64,000 nucleotides of DNA from Diplonema japonicum (Eukaryota > Protista > Euglenozoa: Diplonemea), in NCBI GenBank assembly GCA_964019335.1, contig OZ025750.1, forward strand, positions 186,001-250,000, written 5' to 3'. Under the pieces are notes generated by a model, which worked only from the letters and a program-made list of their open reading frames with translations, ran no database searches and was not told where the DNA came from. Every line of letters starts with the position of its first letter. Position 1 is the first letter of the stretch. This document shows positions 34,201-44,035 of the stretch, in pieces. A program made the translations under genes and the position numbers.

Positions 34201-35169
34201 AACGTGATGGTCCCGAGGGCTCTTAAGAATCGCATCGACCACATACAAGACACGCACAGCGCACCGCTTCTTCCGCAGAACAACAGCAACGATAAGACGT
34301 CTGCCTCGCATTCGCTTGCTGGGTCTTCCGTGGTCGTCCAGTCGTTCGTTCCAAGAATGGGCTGCTTGAAGGAAAAGCTTCAGAGCAAGCAAGCAACCGT
34401 TGGGAACATACGAATATGCTACAGATCGCTAAGCAGTATTGAGGAACCGTTAGTTCTCGTCAATGAGGTTTTGTCAGCAACTGTTCACGGGCTCGACATG
34501 TGCGGTGGGACGGTAGTGTCGTCATGCTCTGGAACGGTGGTGTGCGCCTGGAACACGACAAAAGGATGTGCTTCGCATGTGTTGAACGCGCTGCGTTTTG
34601 TAGGGGTGTACCACAGGCAGCTGAAGCACACCGACGGAGGTTGGGGTGAGAAATGCAGTGTTGGCCTCGCAAGAGGCGGCGTTTTATACGGAAACGTCGG
34701 TTCTCAAGATCTCCGCTTCTCCCTTGTTATCGGGTCGGTTGTCGAAACCGCCGGAATGCTCGCCTCGGAGGCTCAGGAATTATCTTCATTCTGTCTAACA
34801 GCGTCTCTCCCTGGCCACTCCGACTTGTCATGTGACACCCGACTAGGCAGTATGATAAGACCGGTAGCAATATGGGGCTCCCCTCAAGGGTTAGATGTTG
34901 TGGTCTATGAACCCCGGATTTCCCGGATTTCCTGTCTCGGGCAAGGAAACGACCCTGATCCTTATTTAATGTCGCAGGAGGAGTGCGAGTACGGCTGGTC
35001 AGAGGGGTACACCGCAAACTTTCATGAAGGCGACTATAAAACTATCAAAACAGCTAGTAGCGACCCTGTTCTGTGGAAAGTTGCCGATCGATTGGAAACG
35101 GCTGCTGAGCGGCCACTTGTGCTCATTGCTAGCGGGTATACAGAGCCGCCTCCAAGGGTGTCGGGGTAG
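31285..35169 (+). CDS. Receptor nucleotide cyclase with bacterial ABC-type sugar-binding extracellular domain, TMs, HAMP-like region, cyclase and degenerate cyclase
   Basis: DLIYIDAQWV..MDLS and FFYRKDLFDKHGVSWPETMEEF (SBP family 1-like); FTDIQS, TVGDTF, GLRVRMGVH and DYMGPAMNTAARLE cyclase motifs. Confidence 0.85.
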   Translation: MLLALCFVLFAGTGKACLIENRLVGKTKHLNVAEYYKVRNGVVACPEISSMVEAHDLDLRFLSDTQAFGVKPWARHLNEDRFAIYQEMFARKDPALDLIYIDAQWVAPMEDNLMDLSSLDFSNVRQKFVRRHTTDPKKIVSVSGHSNQIVFFYRKDLFDKHGVSWPETMEEFDRVVRHVQDEERKERSEDSLFWGFTIATDDSTNRITYMLSTLLSSEDGGSIVEENGEVSINNANAVKVINRWKKWFDNITPISAFGMSTTDSKEFFLEDRTAVILVWSDHSEYFNNLNGSWKVEAAPVPGKNGAGCSGDWSIALTEPPEKYKRDHLLNMTQIHINHMTETSLRGDLEPLTLDYLQSFDSDLWKAYEMDNPILARSIKRYPDFWNRSTHRPSAGCGDLYSTCAEVIYRNIYKFLKSSGEPDAKATVVQLEKDLQVLLGYWTHEDVKNKESEWTTSRIMLVVVCFTSGAMFLFMGFYVRRETQRMRQVRGLAAPISVLLGAIVMAYGGMLSTSLIVYQSTEVKGISSNLAKDVRLQSMIGMENLVTVTLESLKSQSLASGTMIQIALAAAKNFLGRMQLSSLSLVILMDRADGKILLSSNPSVQPEGDGNNTHVPLFQEALNQYDWRDGSDIKPSTTHTIDVSHDTWHVNALKLDFETEGDEGFLGISWMLIYMTPESVILARANRVMDQSLDLALLLTILAAVFAVMSAVLISRPLVNLAVDMEFVRTMDVDVPHTQHSVLTEVKALLLGFSALCRILKEYKSFLPDALFQDDESTRVSLPRLGRRPPCVDGLAAIVFTDIQSAAELWFRAPAAMKKAMRTHNSVMRARAEEFDGYETNTVGDTFAIAFETIDSAMKFCLAVQVDLYNSTWPPELLAIPLCKHVPDAWNGLRVRMGVHYGDVHISDSPITGRADYMGPAMNTAARLESAGVGGGVSTTTDTFGEVDLDALGYPYNTEITADDISGVPGQVINVMVPRALKNRIDHIQDTHSAPLLPQNNSNDKTSASHSLAGSSVVVQSFVPRMGCLKEKLQSKQATVGNIRICYRSLSSIEEPLVLVNEVLSATVHGLDMCGGTVVSSCSGTVVCAWNTTKGCASHVLNALRFVGVYHRQLKHTDGGWGEKCSVGLARGGVLYGNVGSQDLRFSLVIGSVVETAGMLASEAQELSSFCLTASLPGHSDLSCDTRLGSMIRPVAIWGSPQGLDVVVYEPRISRISCLGQGNDPDPYLMSQEECEYGWSEGYTANFHEGDYKTIKTASSDPVLWKVADRLETAAERPLVLIASGYTEPPPRVSG

Positions 35170-35716
35170 TTTTTTTTTTTTTTTTTTTTTTTTTTTTGAC
35201 AGGGTGTGTGTGTATATAAAAAACGCCTGAACCCTGGAGGGTTTTTTTTTTTTTTTTTTTTTTTTTTCACTGAGGTGTTTAAAAAAAAAAGAAAAAAAAA
35301 AGAAAAAGAAAGAAATAAATAGTGTTTTGCATTTTTCTTTTTGTGGTGGTCTGTTGTTTACCATGTGGTGACTTTTGTACGTTATGTTACGTTATGTTAT
35401 ATTTTTAAGTTAGCCGCTGCTGCTGGCAGCGGGTGAGATTCTTTTTTAACTCATATATGTGAAATTCCGTTAACGTTCGCGTTAATTTCTTTTTTTTTTT
35501 TTTTTGAGGGGAAGAGGGTTTAAAAGATTCTGAAAGAACGGATGACACCAATAACGCCAGAAGAAAAGGTCTAAAAAATATAAAAAGATTTTCTTTTTTT
35601 CTTTCTTGCTGCGTCCGAAAATCCCTTTCTTTTTTTTCCTTCTTTTTTCTTTTCAGTTCAAAGGAAAAAGGCTGGCCGATAGGTAATTGTGATCACAAGG
35701 GCGTAAGAGTAAGGGG

Positions 35717-35762
35717 TTTTTTTTTTTTTTTTTTTTTTTCTGTTTTCTCTCTTTTTTTTTAG
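35717..35762 (+). promoter_or_regulatory. Polypyrimidine tract + AG, candidate trans-splice acceptor for LINE-A ORF1
   Basis: ~45-nt T/C tract ending in AG 14 nt before ATG 35777. Confidence 0.45.
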
Positions 35763-35776
35763 GGGGCGGTATTATC

Positions 35777-37423
35777 ATGTCGAACGATCAGCTGGGGGAC
35801 AGTAAAGGACCCGGCCCACCTCCAAGTGGTGCCTCTGGGGCCGAGAAGGATTCGGCGCAGACGGGCCGGGACGGGGCAAAACAGCAAACGTGGGCTGAGC
35901 AAGCACGAAAAGCGGTAGGAAAGGTGGTGAAGGTGGACCACACTTTGTTACCAACGATAGCAAAGGAGCAGAGGACGAACAAGAAGACGCCACAGCAGCA
36001 GCAGGGACAAAGGAAGGGGCAGAAGGACTCATTCAGAGCCATCCTGGGAGCATGGGCGGCACCGAAAGAATGGGAGATGGCGAAGGGAGACCCGAAAGCA
36101 TCTCTCAAAGCTTTCATGGGGGACGTAGCAGCGGTGATGGGGGAACCGCTAAAAAGAGAGGGGAGGAGGCCAGGGGAGGAGTGTGTAGACATCCTCATCT
36201 GGGTCAACAGGAAGGAAGCAGAAGCCAAGGCAGCCGAGATGAGAGGGCCTTGGGTGCTAGAGAGAAGGCGGCGAGGAGTGGTCTGGCTGGCCACCAGAGA
36301 TCTGAGGCGCGCTGTGGAGGTGATGGACAGCGTGAGGAAGGTCAGCAAGGACGCCTTGCTGACGATGAACGGGAAGGGCTTCGGCGTCCAAGTACAGGAC
36401 GACGTCGAAGCGGTGAGGAAGCTGGTGGAGCAGGCCAACCTCGGGGTGACAAAGAAGATCTCATACGATCTTAGAGGTCTCCCCCAGGGAACAACACGAG
36501 AGGCCGCGCAGCAGACGGCGGCGGCAACTGGATGGAAGGGGCAGGTGGTGAGGGTGCTCCCAAAGGAAGGGAAGGTGCTGGCGGTAGTGCAGGCGCAGGA
36601 GCCACCAGAATTCGGCGAGATCGACTGGGGGGAGGGACGGGCAGAGCTGTGGGAGTCCCGCAAACCGCCGGCGAGAGACCCGAAGGAGGAGAGAAGGACG
36701 GACCGGAACGACACCGGGCAGTGCAAGGGCCAACGATACACACAGAAGCAATTCTGGCGCCACTACGGCAAAGCAAGGGGCGAGGAGGAGTGGAAGAGTA
36801 ACGACCCCGTGGTCGGGGCTCAGCCACAACAAACTCCAACGCAGAGGGAGAGGCAGCTCGAGGAGCAGGTGAGGGAGCTGAAGGAAGAGGTGAAGAAGCT
36901 GAGAGCAGCGGTAGCGGCAGCCACGAACAAGAGGGCCGAGCCGGGGAAGAAAAGGAAGGTGAGGGAGCATAAAACCCCCTCGATGACGCGGACGCCAGCA
37001 CCATCACCATCGCCAGTGAAGCAGCAGAGGGGTGACGCAGCAGAGGTGGTGCCAGGATATGCGGCAGGAACGGCCAACTCCAAGGCCAAGTCCCAGTCCA
37101 GGTTAGGGTTAGGGACAGGGCGCAACGGGAAGGACAGACGCGTAATCAAGCAGGCCGAGCACGACGAAGGAAGACAGAGGGACTACGACGGGATGGGCAA
37201 GAAAGCGCCGAAGCACACCCACCACTGGGAGGAGCACAAGAGCAGAACCAGGTGGGTGTGCACCAAGTGCGAGCGCAACATGCCGAAGGGTACGTACGCG
37301 ACCACCTGCAGGCATGGGGAGTGCAAGCTGCAGAAGTGCAGACGCTGCGTGGAGGGACGGAGGCAGCAGCTGTACTACAGCTCGACAGACGAATCCTCGA
37401 GCCTGTCCTCGGGGGAATGGTGA
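35777..37423 (+). CDS. LINE-A ORF1 (basic, coiled coil, C-terminal Cys-rich Zn finger)
   Basis: 548 aa; RERQLEEQVRELKEEVKKL coiled coil; CTKC...CRHGEC...CRRC. Confidence 0.75.
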   Translation: MSNDQLGDSKGPGPPPSGASGAEKDSAQTGRDGAKQQTWAEQARKAVGKVVKVDHTLLPTIAKEQRTNKKTPQQQQGQRKGQKDSFRAILGAWAAPKEWEMAKGDPKASLKAFMGDVAAVMGEPLKREGRRPGEECVDILIWVNRKEAEAKAAEMRGPWVLERRRRGVVWLATRDLRRAVEVMDSVRKVSKDALLTMNGKGFGVQVQDDVEAVRKLVEQANLGVTKKISYDLRGLPQGTTREAAQQTAAATGWKGQVVRVLPKEGKVLAVVQAQEPPEFGEIDWGEGRAELWESRKPPARDPKEERRTDRNDTGQCKGQRYTQKQFWRHYGKARGEEEWKSNDPVVGAQPQQTPTQRERQLEEQVRELKEEVKKLRAAVAAATNKRAEPGKKRKVREHKTPSMTRTPAPSPSPVKQQRGDAAEVVPGYAAGTANSKAKSQSRLGLGTGRNGKDRRVIKQAEHDEGRQRDYDGMGKKAPKHTHHWEEHKSRTRWVCTKCERNMPKGTYATTCRHGECKLQKCRRCVEGRRQQLYYSSTDESSSLSSGEW

Positions 37424-37483
37424 ACGGCAGGACGCGGTGGAGCGCAGGGGACGGGGACGGGCCTGCAAGAGGTAGCGAAGAGG

Positions 37484-40400
37484 ATGCATTTAGAGTATGA
37501 GGAAGTCCCGGGAGACGGGAACTGCCAATACTCGGCAATCTCCACCGCACTGAAAAGGGGGAACGCGGCACAACTACGTCAGCTGACCGCCAAGCACATC
37601 GCGAAAAACCCCCAAAGATACGGAGGACTACTGCAAGCAGAGGATGAGACCGTGGAAGCATACGCGGAGAAAACAGCAAAAGACCGCACGTGGGGGGACC
37701 ATATCACACTAGAGGCGGCGGCACAGGTGATGAAGACCAACATCTGGGTCCTGAGGGAGGAAGGAATACAGCGGGCGGCGAGGCCAGAGGACGCAGTGAG
37801 CACGATCATCATTGCGTACGAGCCCTATCACTACGATGCGATCCACGCACCACGATGTGTCACACGCTGGTTGGAGGGGACGGCGAAGACGCGGGTAGGG
37901 ATAGAAGAACTGAGAGTGGTAGCGAAGCGAGGTGCTAAGAAGGAATCGACTGGCCAGACTTCGGATCAACACCAACGGGGGAACTCCCCCGGCCCTGAAC
38001 GCTGGGGTGTCCTGGATACGAGGACGGGCGCGAGTCGGAGGCGCGATATCCTCCATGAGAAGTCTGGTAACCCTACAGCCAAAGTCCTAGACTGTAGGGG
38101 TGAACGTATAGGCAGCACCAAGCGGAGCGAACACGAACAGGAACAAAGGACACTGCACCTGACGAGCGTGAACGTGGCGTCGCTGCGCAACAGGCTGGAC
38201 GACGTAATGAAGCTGGACACCGACGTCATCTGCCTACAGGAGACTGCGCTCACTGCAGCAGGACAAGGAGAGACGGCCCACGCTATGAAGGGGATGCGTG
38301 GCAAGAATAGGTACAGACCCATGTGGGGGGACCCACAACCGGGGAGGAAAAAAGAAGGACTGACCTCTATTGACATAGCACAGCGAGGGGGACTCGCGAC
38401 TTTTGTGAGGGAACCGCGCACGGTGCTTGAATCATCCTTGGACAGGGACGATGCGACGCCGGAAATGAACCGAAGATGGCAGCACACAAGAGTGAGCGTT
38501 GACGGGAAGAACCTCTGGCTACACATCATCACAGTGTACTGTCCAGCAGGCGAAGCGGAGGAAAAGAGGAGGCAAAGGGAACAGCTGCTACACCACATCC
38601 TGCAGAAGAAGGTGAGAGAGCTGGGGAACGTGCCCATAGTGGAAGCCGGAGACCTGAACACAGACGAAGGGAGGTCTCAGGAACTGCGGTACGCGCTACA
38701 CACGGGGTGGACAGACGCAGCAGCAGCATGTGCCATGCAACGAGGAGAGGAGCCCGGACCCACATTCGTAAGAGACAACTGTGCGTCGAGGATAGACTAC
38801 ATACTCCTGAACCCAATTGCGGCGCAGGCGCTCAAGGGGTGCGAGACGCGGAAGGACGTCAAAGGAGCGGACCACATGACGCTTACCGTGGAGATGGACC
38901 TAGGACGACCCGTTCAGGCAGAATATCCAAAAATACATGATACCGAAGGAAATCCCGGAACAGCAGCGGAAGCCGACGGAAGAGGAAGGCGAACGGGCGC
39001 TTGACGGAAGCGAGTTCCAAAAGCATATGCTGAGGGACGGAAGGGGTGACATCAACGCGGCGTGGAGGGAGCTGGCCATGGTCAGTGAGAACATGCTGCT
39101 GGGAGAGGGACCATCCGACAAGGCGCCGTACCAGGGCAGGGGGAAGACCCGAAAGCCACAACAAAAAAGACTTTGCGCGCCAACAACCAGAGGAGCGGCA
39201 GGAGCGGCATCGACGAAGCAAGTGAAACTCGAGAGGATGGAAGGAAGACTCCAGGCCGTCAAGATCCAATTGCTAAAGCTTCAACAGCAAGGCGGGGGAC
39301 AGATGAGCAGGATAACGACGAGAACCATCCAAAACCTCAACGAGGACCTCCAGAACACGGGTGTCAAGAGCCGGCCCTTATCAGCAGAGGAGACATGCAT
39401 TGAGGACATCATTGCAGACGCGGAGCTAATGGGGGAAGCTGTGAAAAGGCGAGAACGGGAACTGGAGAAGGAGCAGAGGGTGGCGAGGAAAAGGAACTAC
39501 CTCGATTCGGTGGAGAGAGGGGCTGAGACGAGGGACTTAGTGGCAGGGATGAAGGGAACGCAAGTGGGACGGGGCACAGCGAGCGTGGAGCTTCAGGGCG
39601 CCACGATCGCGAATCCAGAGCAGCTAGACAGGACGATGAGAGAACACTGGGAGACGGTATTCGCGAAGTACAAGAACAGACCACAGCCCGGGTACGAGAC
39701 CTTTAAGAAGGAGTACGGGTCACACATCGTCAGACAAGAGATGGGAGGAGGCCCAATCACAGGGGAAAGCCTACGGCAAGTGCTGGTGAAGAAAACGGCC
39801 AGAAGTGCAGCAGGTATAGACGGCTGGCGGATGGCAGAGCTACGTAGGCTCCCAGTGGTGGTGCTAGAAGCATGGGCAGACCTGTTCAACTTCATCGAAG
39901 AGACAGGGGAATGGCCGGAGGCGCTGTGTACGGCGCTGGTGACCTTGGTGCCGAAGTGTAAGAACGCAGGACCACTAGAACACCGACCCATCACGGTCAC
40001 GTCGGCTGTGTACAGGCTGTGGGCGAGCACCAGGCTGCAGGACATCTTGCCGTGGCAGGAGAGGTGGATACACAACACGCAGCATGGGTTCAGAACAAAG
40101 CACGGGACGGAGGATGTCCTCATGGAAATAAGCACGAGGATCGAAGCAGCGGTGATGGACGGAGAGCCACTTGTAGGAGTGGCCCTGGACTTTGCCAAAT
40201 GTTTCGACACAGTACCGCAGGGGCTGGTGCTGGAGCTGATGAAGGACATGGGCATGGACGCTGGCATCCTGAGAGCACTCAAGGGCATGTACGACAGCCT
40301 CAGGAGAAGGTTCAGATACGCGACAGGAGTTGGTGAGGAGTTCGAGACCACCAACGGGATCCTGCAAGGCTGCCCCATCTCGATCATCATGATCAACGCG

Positions 40401-42338
40401 CTGTTGGCGGTCATGATGAAGAGCGTGGAGCAGAGGACGGGTGTTGAGACCTTGTCGTACGCCGATGACGCATACCTGTTGGCGGCACTCGCAGAAGTAC
40501 TACGAGAAGCCACAGACACGGTAGGTGCCTTTTGCGCATTGTCGGCATGAAGCTGAACAACAAGAAGTGCGAGGTGTTCGCGGCCGGCGGCAAGGCACCA
40601 AGGGTAAAGGTGGACGGGCGGGAGCTGGGTACTGCCAACAAGGTGAAGGTACTAGGGGCGAGGTTACGGACGGACGGCAAAGCGCAGAAGGACAACGAGA
40701 GGGTCAGGACAGCTATTAACAGGCTGGAGAGACTCGCGATCACGCCGCTAAGCTATGAGCAGAGGGGGGAGGTACTGCAGACCACTGTAATACCGAGCTG
40801 CCTGTACGACGTAGCCTTCTCCCCACCATCGGATGGATATCTCGCAAAACTGACGAAGGTGGCGTCGCGTGCCTTGTGGGGACCGAGGTACAGGACACGA
40901 AACCCGGCGGCAGTGCTATCAATCCTCCATAAAGGACACACATACGACCCGGAGGTGGCCTCGCCATACCGCGCAATGCTCTATTCCACAGGGTGCACCA
41001 GAAGAAGGGGACAGTGTGGGAAAGATGTGAAAGGCTGGCAGTAGCATACCGCGAGGAAGGAAGAACAATACCGCTAGGTCCGGTAGGCAATATGCTGCGA
41101 AGGTGGCTTCCGAAAGTGGGTCTCGGCTGGACGGGGTTCATACAGAAGCTGAAGGAAGGGAAGGAACGTTTCGCGCACGAAATGCGGGAGAGGCTGAGGG
41201 TGGGACGCTCAAAAAGCATCGAACAGGTGAGGAGGTCGATGCGAGACCTGGGGGAAGGAGCGGACCCGAGTACGAACGAGCTCTGGCAGCGGCTGAGGAA
41301 GAGCAACGATCCGATAGCAGCCAGGGCCTTACAGCGGGTGATAACCGGGGGAGTTTTCTACATCAACCCCAGGGGGTGGCACACGGACGCCAAGAAGAAC
41401 ATCGAACCGCCGAAGGAGGGAGAGGACACCACCTCAGGAGAGGAAGAAGAGGAAGAAGAAGAGGAAATGACGCGACCCACGAGGCAGCAGCCAGCACAGT
41501 ACGTCAACTGTGACATATGTGAACACGAGGTGCATGAGCACGACATGCTCAAGCACGCGCTGTGGGACTGCGAGTTGGCAAGGGAAATACAAAACAAGGA
41601 AGCTAACAGAGCAGTGGTGGAGGAACGGACGGCCATGCCGAGGTGCATGCAGCTGCACGGAGTGCTGCCGCGAGGACACGACAAAGAGCATCTCAAGAAC
41701 CTGCAGCTCTACCTCCTGGAGGTGGTAACAGAACGAGACCGCCGCCTGCAAGAAAAGAGGGCACTGGAGAGGTACACGACTCACCCGTGGGAAGTGATCA
41801 CAGAAGGAAAAAGACACCCGACACCGACATGGAGAGAACTACGACAACATGTAGGGGGGGGGCTCATGAAACAGTACGGACAGGAGATCGTCAAATGGCT
41901 AGGGCAGCTCAAGTGGTACCGGGGCCCGAGGAGAACAACGGTCACGACAATAGAGCTTGCGCTAGACTTCGAGAACAGCACAATGAAGTCGCTGGTGGGT
42001 GAACGTGGGGACTGACACTAATAGGTAAAAAGGCGAGACGGCTGCATGGCCTGCTGGTGAGGCTGCAGGAAGGCTGGCAGGACGCGCGGATAAGGAGGAA
42101 GGTCAGGGGACACAGAGCCATACCGGCGGAGCAACGGCGGAACCACGGCCTGAGGACCACAGGGGGGAGAAAGGTCTTGGGCTGGGACAGAAGACCGCTG
42201 CACGTCTCGGAACAGACGAAGAAGGACCTCCAGAAACTGAGACAGCAGTGGCAGAAGGAGCGGGTGAGCGCCATGAGGGAGCGGGCTCAGCCCAAAAAGG
42301 AAAGACCGAAGCCGCTGAAGGGAGATAGGGGCAGGTAG
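37484..42338 (+). pseudogene. LINE-A ORF2 (OTU protease, AP endonuclease, RT), split by frameshifts near 38910, 40530, 40985 and 42005
   Basis: Consecutive ORFs 37484, 38937, 40532, 40993 and 42057 are collinear with the intact LINE-B ORF2. Confidence 0.85.
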
Positions 42339-42790
42339 AAGAACAAGACAGGACGTCCCAGATCAGGGATTTCCTTTTACCTCTTTAATTTATTTTTTTT
42401 ATATTTTCTGCTTTTTTCTTTTGTCTTTCCCCCCCCCCCTTTGCTGATTGAAAATCAGCTTTCTTTTTCAATCAAATAAACACAAATGCCGGCACACCGA
42501 AAACCTTCTTTTTTCAGATTAATTTCACTGTCTTGGGAAGGAGCATTCACTCTAGATAATCAAAAGTGAAAGTAAAAATAATAATAAAAAAGAAATTGAA
42601 TTTTTGAATTTCTTTCGTTTTTTTTTTTTTTTTTTTATTTATTTCCATTTCTTCCAGCCGAGTAACCAACTAGCTAACCGTTTTGTGTGCTGTATAAAAA
42701 AAACACTTTTTTTTTTCGAGTTTTTTCTTTCTTTTTTTTTGTGGGGAATCAAAAAAGCCCCATGCAAAGGTGGTTTTTTTTTTTTAATAT

Positions 42791-42836
42791 GGAAAGAAAC
42801 GGAAACGTTTCCCCGTTTCTTGCCAACATAGCCCTG
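42791..42836 (-). mobile_element. Solo end of the MITE family
   Basis: ggaaacgtttccccgtttcttgccaacatagcc is the reverse complement of the left end at 548. Confidence 0.6.
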
Positions 42837-43023
42837 GGAGGTTTCACCATGTATCACAAAAAAAAAAAAAGAAATAAATGGCTTAAAAAAGAAAAAGAAA
42901 ATCTCTTTATTTTAGTAGAAAATTTGTATTCCTCGCGGAGACGGAAGAAGAAAAGATCCCCCCCCTCTTTTTTTGCAGTAAATTGTTTGCGATTCCTCTT
43001 TTTTTTTTTTTTTTTTTTTTTTT

Positions 43024-43136
43024 GCAAGAACGAGTCTTTGACTTGTCTAAACAAAAGGGGAACGTTGGCAACGTGTTTCGGGTTGACAAACTTCTCCAGG
43101 TTTTACCCGGCACGTACAAACAACGGCCAGTTCCTC
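43024..43136 (+). repeat. ~110-bp SINE-like dispersed repeat between T tracts (4 copies in window)
   Basis: gcaagaacgagtctttgacttgtctaaacaaaag...ggcacgtacaaacaacggccagttcctc; other copies at 60997, 25691 (-) and 16121 (-). Confidence 0.75.
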
Positions 43137-43540
43137 TTTTTTTTTTTTTTTTTTTTACATCCAGAAAAAGGGAAGTGCGAGGTATATTATTCTTTTTTTT
43201 AATTTATTCTCCTTGTACATCGCAACCCTTTTCCGCCTTTTTTTTTTTCCCCCCACCTTTCGTTTCTTTTTTTTTCTTTTTTGTTTTTTTTTAAGCAGAA
43301 TATCAGTAAAAACGGAAGCTTGTGGATAGTCTTTTGAGTTATTTCCTGAGTGGAGAAAAGGGTTACATTTTTTTTCTATTTTCAAAAAAAAGCTCCCCCC
43401 GCCCTCCTACAATGATGTTCATAAAGACACCGTTGTACCCCCCCCCTCCCCCCGCCCTTTTTTTTTTCCCCTTTCTATTATTTTCTTTTCTCTTCTCTAC
43501 CCTTCTCACAAATCTACGAAAGAGAAAAAAGAAAAAAAAG

Positions 43541-43981
43541 ATGTCGAGGGGTGCACGGAGATTATGCACGAGGTGGGGAAGCTACGAAAGATTGTGAGCG
43601 TATTGGGGCATCGAACAAGAAAGCAGGATGTTGGGATACAAAACCTTTGTTGTGGAACGAAGCACAGGATGCCGATGCGAGGGGACGGTCTCAGCAGATG
43701 CCACAAGGGCGTCGCTGGTGGCAGCGATGATGTTCTCAAGGAGCTTCAGGGGATGGGTTTACGACCCGAAGGCCACTGTGAGAGCTGAAGGTATCCCCCC
43801 ACACACACCTCCAATAAATAAATTTAACAAATTCAAAGGAAGAACCGCCAAGCCTGCTTTGCATATGGCAGCCTCTAAAGGTGAGTTTGCTGTCGTTCGA
43901 CACTTAGTAGAGGAAGTGGCTGCTGACCCCATGGCAGAGGATGGTTTGGGTACGCCGTGTATTAGATATTTTCTTCAATGA
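43541..43981 (+). pseudogene. Truncated duplicate of the ankyrin-repeat gene 5' region
   Basis: 43541-43730 duplicates 45659-45905; encodes one ankyrin repeat (PALHMAASKGEFAVVRHLVEE). Confidence 0.6.
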
Positions 43982-44035
43982 GGCAATCGGTGGAAGAAAG
44001 CAAAAAAAAGATCGAAAAAGAAAAGGAAAATTAAA

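Larger units (their letters stand above)
35763..42400 (+). mobile_element. LINE-A: near full-length non-LTR retrotransposon (ORF1; OTU-APE-RT-CCHC-CTD) with ~4 frameshifts in ORF2
   Basis: APE motifs VNV, DVICLQET, GDLN, SRIDYIL, DH; RT motifs HRPI, QHGF, LDFAKCFD, GILQGCPIS, YADD; strongly purine-rich plus strand. Confidence 0.92.

Noticed and set aside
37970-37996. QRGNSPGP in LINE-A as a second 2A peptide
   Set aside because: Lacks the D-[VI]-x-x-N-P-G-P spacing; at most a decayed remnant.
42515-42575. Second LSU rRNA-like fragment
   Set aside because: Similarity limited to a few short words; not convincing.
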